A DNA stretch of 64,000 nt. It comes from a virus (taxonomy: Duplodnaviria; Heunggongvirae; Uroviricota; Caudoviricetes). Where the stretch lies: IMG/VR virus record IMGVR_UViG_3300027797_000011. One strand, given 5' to 3'. The position numbers were made by a program, and so were the translations under genes. The notes beneath the pieces were generated by a model. It worked only from the letters and a program-made list of their open reading frames with translations. It did not search any database and was not told where the DNA came from. This document shows positions 55,319 to 61,269 of the stretch, in pieces; the stretch's first letter is position 1, and each line of letters opens with the position of its first letter.

Positions 55319-57988
55319 TTATTCAAATGTGAATAGCGAACCAAACGTGTTAGTTTGTGTAGTGGACCCCAAGTCCCACTCTAGAACCCCAATAAGATTT
55401 TCGAGTTTGTTATTAATAATAGTGGCTTCCATTTCTGCATGATCAAATGGTAAATCCTGAAACCACTTAGGTAACCGTAATTCATCAACTGGATAAGCAA
55501 TTGATGTATAGCCTAAAGGATTATCCTTAACCTTACATACAATAACTTTCATGCCATCAACAATACCCATTGAGTATTTGTCTCCGTTCATGCGTTTTAG
55601 AGTATTCCAATTAATGCTAGCACGAACGTGTCCGGGCATATTTGCTCTACCTGCCTTGGCTTCCTTAGCTTGATAGTCCGTAATATTGTTAGCACGTTTT
55701 GGACTACCTTTCTCCCAACCGGGTCTAGCTTTGAACTCAGTGCGAAACTCGCTAATGCGTTCTAGAATATCTGTCTCCTGGGCACCGTTAAGTACATCAG
55801 TTAGAATTTCTTCTAAGAACTTCTGCATAAATTCCGGCGTATCGCTACGCTTAAGATCCAAGCCCATGGCCTTGATCTTTCCAGGCTTTCCGTCTATGTC
55901 TTGTCGTTTACCTTCTTTGTCGTAATACAATACAGCATAACGCTTCTTGGTAATAAACAAGCCTTTAACTGCTACAATCTCACGTCCTGCCTTAATAACT
56001 TCACCGCGCGATTTAGGGCAGTGATGTGCATCTAACATAAACTGTGGGAATGTACTGTTTACTTCTTCAGCAACGGTATCATACAATTGAATAATACTGT
56101 CTCTTGTCCAAGGAATTTCTTTTTTATCAATTTCTTTCCTAAGGGTTGCGTATGCCGAGAAATATGCAGAATCAGTATCACCGTAGATGATAGCCTTGCC
56201 AGTATGGTTATACTCGCCTGTGACTACTTCATTTATTTTTGCGGCCATATGGCGGGCAATGCCTCGGCCGGTAAGCGTGGTTGACTGACCAATACGATTA
56301 TCGAAAAACCTACAGCCAGCGTTAAGTATAGCACCGTATAAGCTATTAAGGTTAATCTTTTTAACCAATTGTCTCTTGTCCCAATATTCTTCTTCAATTT
56401 TATTCTCCGCTTTAATTGCATCTTTTAGTTTGGCCTGCATTTCTTTACGTTCAGCATACCAGCGTTTTAGTAGTCCAGGAATAATACCTTCTTTTTCATA
56501 GGTAAAGATAGTACCGTTAGCACTTAGTACCCATGGCTGATTACTTTCAAAAATCATTTCATAGATTTGTGCTCCAGTAAGTACATCAGTATCACCGTTT
56601 TCCCAGTCAACGTGAATTTCGTGAGCTTTGTCTTTATTCATAACAAACTCATATTCATTAGCACCAAACTTACCTTCCCATGCCGCGGCAAAACTATTAC
56701 CTTTAGCAATCTTAGCATCAATTTCTGCTTGAGTGTATGTTTGGCGTAGCTGACCGACAATAGTTTCCGGCCCCATGTTCAATGCACGAATTACAGATGG
56801 ATACAGACTGTTGATGTCCATTGATCCGATCCAATCGTGAAGTCCTTTCTTTGGATAGGCAACATACGCACCTGCGGCCTGATTACTAGCATCCTCATCA
56901 CGCTTTGGTCGACTTGGAACAATCAAACCTCTATGATGTGCTTCATTTACAATAGCCTGTTCAGTTACTGCTACAGCACCCATTGTGGTTTGTAGCAATA
57001 CAGTACATTCATGTGCCAGTGTATTAGCAAGATCAATAAACCTTAATTTCTTATCTAGTTTGTTTAATAATGCAGTATCTTGTCTGTTATATTCGATAAA
57101 CTTCTTAAAGTCATTATTGTACAGTTGATCCAGTGTACCTTCGTATTGTGTCTTAGTTTCGCCTACTTCTAATTCTCCAATCGCATCAAGTCGGTAAGTA
57201 TGGCGTTCTTCGTATGTATACTTGCGGTACAGCTCGAGACTGTCCAGATGAACACGACCAACCAGATCATAAGTAACAGCCGCTTTTCCATACTTCTCAT
57301 ACTCTCTCTTTTTAGGCATTGCATCCCATAGACATAATCTACGAGTATCATCCTTGCTTAACACTTTAATAATACGATTTACAGTATAGGGCATATCAAA
57401 GCCTTCGCTGTTCCACCCACTTAACACATCAGCATCTTCAATCAATGTTAAAAATGTATCTAACATTTCTCCTTCTGTTTCAAACAGAATTGTATTTGGA
57501 AAATCTTTAACCTGTTCCTTCGCCTGTTCCATGGTAAGTGTTTTGGGAGGAATAGCAAGGCATATTAATGTGTCTAACCATTGTAGGTGAACAGCGATAG
57601 CAGTGATTGGCATGAACGCATCATCTGGACTTGCATAGCCTCGTTCTGGATCAAAGTCCACCTCGATGTCCCAAAACGCTACGTTGAGTTTTGGGGCATC
57701 TTTACCTAGATAGTTTTCTTCTAGTGATCTAAAAACTTGATTAATATCGCTTTCGAACAATCGTTGATTGTTGTGGATACGTTGTTCTTTTTGAAATTCT
57801 TTGTGGCTTTTGCATACCACTTTGGACAGGCTTTCGCCGTAAATTGATCTGTACTTACCCTTTTGATCAGGATAATAAAATACATAACGGGCTGGAAATT
57901 CTTGAAATATCCTTCCCTTCTTTGGATCACGCTCTACAACTTTGATAATGTCATTGTCGCGATCCCATATGGCATCTACATAACTCAT
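55319..57988 (-). CDS. gp43: Family B DNA polymerase (T4 gp43-like)
   Basis: Exonuclease motifs WDIEVD, WNSEGFD and YNRQD; polymerase motifs DINSLYPS, KINLNSLYG and YGDTDS; no intein or intron visible. Confidence 0.97.
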   Translation of the reverse strand: MSYVDAIWDRDNDIIKVVERDPKKGRIFQEFPARYVFYYPDQKGKYRSIYGESLSKVVCKSHKEFQKEQRIHNNQRLFESDINQVFRSLEENYLGKDAPKLNVAFWDIEVDFDPERGYASPDDAFMPITAIAVHLQWLDTLICLAIPPKTLTMEQAKEQVKDFPNTILFETEGEMLDTFLTLIEDADVLSGWNSEGFDMPYTVNRIIKVLSKDDTRRLCLWDAMPKKREYEKYGKAAVTYDLVGRVHLDSLELYRKYTYEERHTYRLDAIGELEVGETKTQYEGTLDQLYNNDFKKFIEYNRQDTALLNKLDKKLRFIDLANTLAHECTVLLQTTMGAVAVTEQAIVNEAHHRGLIVPSRPKRDEDASNQAAGAYVAYPKKGLHDWIGSMDINSLYPSVIRALNMGPETIVGQLRQTYTQAEIDAKIAKGNSFAAAWEGKFGANEYEFVMNKDKAHEIHVDWENGDTDVLTGAQIYEMIFESNQPWVLSANGTIFTYEKEGIIPGLLKRWYAERKEMQAKLKDAIKAENKIEEEYWDKRQLVKKINLNSLYGAILNAGCRFFDNRIGQSTTLTGRGIARHMAAKINEVVTGEYNHTGKAIIYGDTDSAYFSAYATLRKEIDKKEIPWTRDSIIQLYDTVAEEVNSTFPQFMLDAHHCPKSRGEVIKAGREIVAVKGLFITKKRYAVLYYDKEGKRQDIDGKPGKIKAMGLDLKRSDTPEFMQKFLEEILTDVLNGAQETDILERISEFRTEFKARPGWEKGSPKRANNITDYQAKEAKAGRANMPGHVRASINWNTLKRMNGDKYSMGIVDGMKVIVCKVKDNPLGYTSIAYPVDELRLPKWFQDLPFDHAEMEATIINNKLENLIGVLEWDLGSTTQTNTFGSLFTFE

Positions 57989-58000
57989 TAATTTTTCTCC

Positions 58001-58053
58001 TACCGCTTATGGCCGGCAACCTTCTATATAACGACTTATGGCTCGCTGAACCT
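58001..58053 (-). promoter_or_regulatory. Tandem stem-loops with identical GCCAUAAG loops in the gp43 leader (putative translational operator)
   Basis: AGCGA-GCCATAAG-TCGTT (58030-58047) and TGCCG-GCCATAAG-CGGTA (58001-58018), each preceded by AAGGTT; the second abuts the GGAG RBS. Confidence 0.7.
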
Positions 58054-58064
58054 TTGCAATATAT

Positions 58065-58355
58065 TTAACCTAACATCCTAATCAGGCCAATGGTATCGAT
58101 GCTTACAAGCAGGATATAATTAGCCAACATACCAAAGCTCTTTCGAGTCCAACTAGCCCAAGCATACATAGCACAGCCTGCTATCCAGATAGGATATAGT
58201 ATGATCAGCGGCGGATTAGGTACAGTTGCTGCCATAGTGATTGAGCAACCAATACTAATAGCCCAAGCAAGTAACTCAACAGTAAACCTAAACTTGTTAC
58301 TGCGCCAGTCATCATCAATCCATTGTAAGGTTGGCCTAAATAATGTATCAATCAT
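58065..58355 (-). CDS. Small membrane protein
   Basis: Three hydrophobic segments, 96 aa; coupled to dsbA. Confidence 0.7.
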   Translation of the reverse strand: MIDTLFRPTLQWIDDDWRSNKFRFTVELLAWAISIGCSITMAATVPNPPLIILYPIWIAGCAMYAWASWTRKSFGMLANYILLVSIDTIGLIRMLG

Positions 58356-58624
58356 TAATCTTCACGGCGGTTGGCATGTCCGCTGATATCTACAATAGTT
58401 TCCAAGTCATCAAACTCGCGGAATACTTGATCCCATGTATCTTTTTGTGCAATTTTAATTGCTTTACGGATAACACTGGGTTTAACTTCTAGTTCTTCTG
58501 CCACCGCTTTGATAGTTTCATTAAGACCTTCTGTTAGGTCTTGAATCTCTTGCATGACGGTACAACCCTCTGCAATAATTTGTTTAATCTTGGCCTGTTC
58601 TGGTGCACCAAATGCTTTACTCAT
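58355..58624 (-). CDS. dsbA: Double-stranded DNA binding protein (T4 DsbA-like)
   Basis: 89 aa; LNETIKAVAEELEVKPSVIRKAIKIAQK matches the phage DsbA pattern. Confidence 0.7.
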   Translation of the reverse strand: MSKAFGAPEQAKIKQIIAEGCTVMQEIQDLTEGLNETIKAVAEELEVKPSVIRKAIKIAQKDTWDQVFREFDDLETIVDISGHANRRED

Positions 58625-58643
58625 AAGTATTCTCCTATGTGTT

Positions 58644-58672
58644 ATTATACTTGGTAGAAACTAAAAGGTCAA
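58644..58672 (-). promoter_or_regulatory. Sigma70-type promoter for dsbA
   Basis: TTGACC-N17-TATAAT; AGGAG RBS. Confidence 0.75.
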
Positions 58673-58673
58673 C

Positions 58674-59246
58674 TTATTTTATGCCAATTTTCATAAAACG
58701 GAGATAATCAGTATCTGGATCTTCTAGTGTCTTTTTACCTAAGAATAAGGTAGTCGACATAGGGAAGGTTTTATCAAATTCGTTTAGATCTTTAAACGGG
58801 TCTTTAACAGCATCTCTACCTTGTAGTGCAATCAATATACCGCGTGGAATGTTTTTATACCATGCAGTACCTTCTATATCTTTTGTGCTGGTGTTTATTA
58901 TTAAACTATCTGCGGTTGCCTGTTGATAATTTAAAGTGTTGGCATCTTTGTCCATGCTTACTAAATTATCAATACCCGCCGCCCGAAGCATTTTATCAGA
59001 CTTGTCTAGTACATCTTTGTTAGTATCTACATTTATAATTTTATTAAATGGTATGCTGGCATGTTTGAGTGCATAGGCCATATTACCATACCATGAACCT
59101 AGTATATAGATTGTTGAAAATTCTGAAATATCTAAATCTAATCCGACTAGTATTTCACACAACCATTCTTTGCTTTTTATTAAATCAGGAGTGTTGCTGC
59201 CTTCGAATGTCCCAGGGCTAGATTCATTTAGATCATACAACCGCAT
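58674..59246 (-). CDS. Putative Rossmann-fold SAM-dependent methyltransferase-like protein (start MRLYDLNE at 59246)
   Basis: IYILGSWYG motif-I-like, KIINVD acidic strand end, DAN and IINTS; capsid-targeting-like N-terminus. Confidence 0.5.
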   Translation of the reverse strand: MRLYDLNESSPGTFEGSNTPDLIKSKEWLCEILVGLDLDISEFSTIYILGSWYGNMAYALKHASIPFNKIINVDTNKDVLDKSDKMLRAAGIDNLVSMDKDANTLNYQQATADSLIINTSTKDIEGTAWYKNIPRGILIALQGRDAVKDPFKDLNEFDKTFPMSTTLFLGKKTLEDPDTDYLRFMKIGIK

Positions 59247-59250
59247 ATGA

Positions 59251-59499
59251 TTATTTTTTTTGAGAGAACCAAAGTTTAAACCAGGCATCTGTTCCCGGTT
59301 TGATATTTTGCTCGCGCATAATACGAGCTTTTTCTGAGCCGCTATTGTCTGGGTTTACCACAATAGTCGGTTCATGTGTTTTAATTTTTTCTACACTAGT
59401 ATGTTGCCACATTGGATCATCTGCCGGTAAGAAGCAATCGTCTTCTTCTTTTGGTAAGAAGTCTGCCGATGTTAATCTACGTTGTGGCCAGCTACTCAT
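59251..59499 (-). CDS. Hypothetical protein
   Basis: 82 aa; EQNIKPGTDAWFKLWFS. Confidence 0.6.
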   Translation of the reverse strand: MSSWPQRRLTSADFLPKEEDDCFLPADDPMWQHTSVEKIKTHEPTIVVNPDNSGSEKARIMREQNIKPGTDAWFKLWFSQKK

Positions 59500-59987
59500 T
59501 TTTTCATAGCCCGTACATTAGCTTCTAGCAAAGTTTGTAACCGTAATTCGTACCAGCTTTCAGATACTGTTGCGGCCTTTTTATGCTTTGATTTACGTGG
59601 AACAGTTTCGGCTTTCTTTTTATCTTTATGTGCGCCCGCCGCCCCGCCGCCCAATGAGGCCATAGCATGTTTTGCTACAGGATTGATAGGTTTTGGTTTT
59701 TTAGTATGCTTCATAGCCTTAACGCCTTTTTTATTTTCGTTAATCTCTGGATCGTTTCCTTGAGCTTTTTCGCTTTGTATGTAATCCCAAACAGTAACCA
59801 GATAATCTTCAGCTAAAGAAATCTTTTCTTGACACCATTCTGGCAAGTTATCGTTTTCATCGATAGTATTCATTAGCCCATCTACGGCTCTTTTTAGTGT
59901 ATGAAGACTACCTGCAGCCATTCCTGCTTCGTCATCATATTCACCGTTAAATTCTTTTAATGTTTTTTTGTTCATAATATTTCTCAC
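59496..59987 (-). CDS. Probable internal head protein (likely start 59975)
   Basis: MNKKTLKEF start; LPEWCQEKISLAEDYL module; Lys-rich module bounded by INE and VSES. Confidence 0.6.
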   Translation of the reverse strand: MRNIMNKKTLKEFNGEYDDEAGMAAGSLHTLKRAVDGLMNTIDENDNLPEWCQEKISLAEDYLVTVWDYIQSEKAQGNDPEINENKKGVKAMKHTKKPKPINPVAKHAMASLGGGAAGAHKDKKKAETVPRKSKHKKAATVSESWYELRLQTLLEANVRAMKK

Positions 59988-60442
59988 ACTACTATACTAT
60001 CTGGACGACCTTTGCCGGGTCCTTGTGGAACAGCTGATGAGCTAGTTGAACCACCGCTTGCACTTTCTTGAGCACCACCTGCGGCATTTATTCTTGCTTG
60101 TAGTGCATATAACTGACTCTGTAAATCTTTTTGCTTAGACCAAAAACTATGATCATCACTATATTCAAAATTAGGATCAAACTGTGCTCGTAGTTGTTCA
60201 AGTTGTTTTACTAATTGTGGAAGATTTTTTCTATCTTGTTCAACCTGTGCCGCCCTAGCCTGTTGTGCTTTATCCTCACGATCGGTTCGGTCTGCTTGAC
60301 GTTTTAGTTCATCTTGCTTACGTAACTCGTCATGTTCTGGATCTCCGTGAATTCGCAGATTTTTAAACTTTGGATCTGTTTTTTGAAGATTCTTAAAAAA
60401 TGAGGTCATGTCATTTTCTTGTACTAGGTCGTGTATTTTCAT
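59984..60442 (-). CDS. Probable internal head protein
   Basis: MKIHDLVQE capsid-targeting-like N-terminus; coiled-coil body. Confidence 0.6.
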   Translation of the reverse strand: MKIHDLVQENDMTSFFKNLQKTDPKFKNLRIHGDPEHDELRKQDELKRQADRTDREDKAQQARAAQVEQDRKNLPQLVKQLEQLRAQFDPNFEYSDDHSFWSKQKDLQSQLYALQARINAAGGAQESASGGSTSSSAVPQGPGKGRPDSIVV

Positions 60443-60807
60443 TTTTTCATCCAGTTACTTATAGGGCTTACTGTGTGCGTGTCGTCTAACTCTTTGCTTT
60501 TCATATCGCCGTTGTTAACGTCTACAGCACTGGCTCCCACAGCCTTGGCTGCTTGCAAAAACATTTTTTGTTCTATTTCGGAATAAGGTTGAGTTGTTTT
60601 CTTTTTTCCATGCCAGCTTTTTGCATCAATGTCTAATGGTTTATTTGAACCGTCGGCCATTGCCATTGCCTGTCCTAATTTAAATGAAACATAATCACCG
60701 CTTACACGTTCCTCGTCTCCGTAGGTATTAATCCCTCGACTTGGCTGTTGCACTCTTTTAGTAATATGACCTTTTTTCTTTTCAACAATGAATTCTTTAA
60801 AACGCAT
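60439..60807 (-). CDS. Probable internal head protein (start MRFKEFIVE)
   Basis: N-terminus closely resembles the T4 IP capsid-targeting sequences MKTFKEF / MKTYQEFIAE. Confidence 0.65.
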   Translation of the reverse strand: MRFKEFIVEKKKGHITKRVQQPSRGINTYGDEERVSGDYVSFKLGQAMAMADGSNKPLDIDAKSWHGKKKTTQPYSEIEQKMFLQAAKAVGASAVDVNNGDMKSKELDDTHTVSPISNWMKK

Positions 60808-60808
60808 A

Positions 60809-61261
60809 TTATTGTCCTTGTAGGCTAGCACTTAACATCCAGCCGTGTTTACGATGTGCATCCATACGTTCTGCTAAGAAATTACTAAATCCGTGTTCAC
60901 CGTATTTTTCTGCTAGATCATAAACTAATTTTAAAACTTCTATCATGCGTTCGTTATCTTGCAATAATTCTGCAACCATTGCTTCTTTAGGTGGAAGACT
61001 ATTTTCATCTGGAACTGTACTAAGCATACTAAATGCGCTTAGACTTCCGGGAACAAAGGTGCCTAAGCTACGAATTTTTTCAGCAAAGATATCGATGCTT
61101 GCATACACTTCTTCGTATACAGCACCAAACAGTTGATGATATTCTAAAAAGTCACTGCCCACAACATTCCAATGGTAGTTATGCGCCTTTAGATAAAAAC
61201 TAAATTCGCTTGCGAAACCTATCTTAGCAGCCTTACGTAAATCTTCCATTTTTAAATCCAT
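60809..61261 (-). CDS. dps: Dps / ferritin-like DNA protection protein
   Basis: FYLKAHNYHWNVVG..F..YH.LF...YEE...DIFAEKIRSLG ferroxidase motifs; HRKHGWML end. Confidence 0.9.
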   Translation of the reverse strand: MDLKMEDLRKAAKIGFASEFSFYLKAHNYHWNVVGSDFLEYHQLFGAVYEEVYASIDIFAEKIRSLGTFVPGSLSAFSMLSTVPDENSLPPKEAMVAELLQDNERMIEVLKLVYDLAEKYGEHGFSNFLAERMDAHRKHGWMLSASLQGQ

Positions 61262-61269
61262 TTAATATG

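Noticed and set aside
55319-57988. Intein or intron in the DNA polymerase
   Set aside because: The 889-aa ORF is continuous, with normal spacing of the exonuclease and polymerase motifs and no intein C/S...HN signatures.
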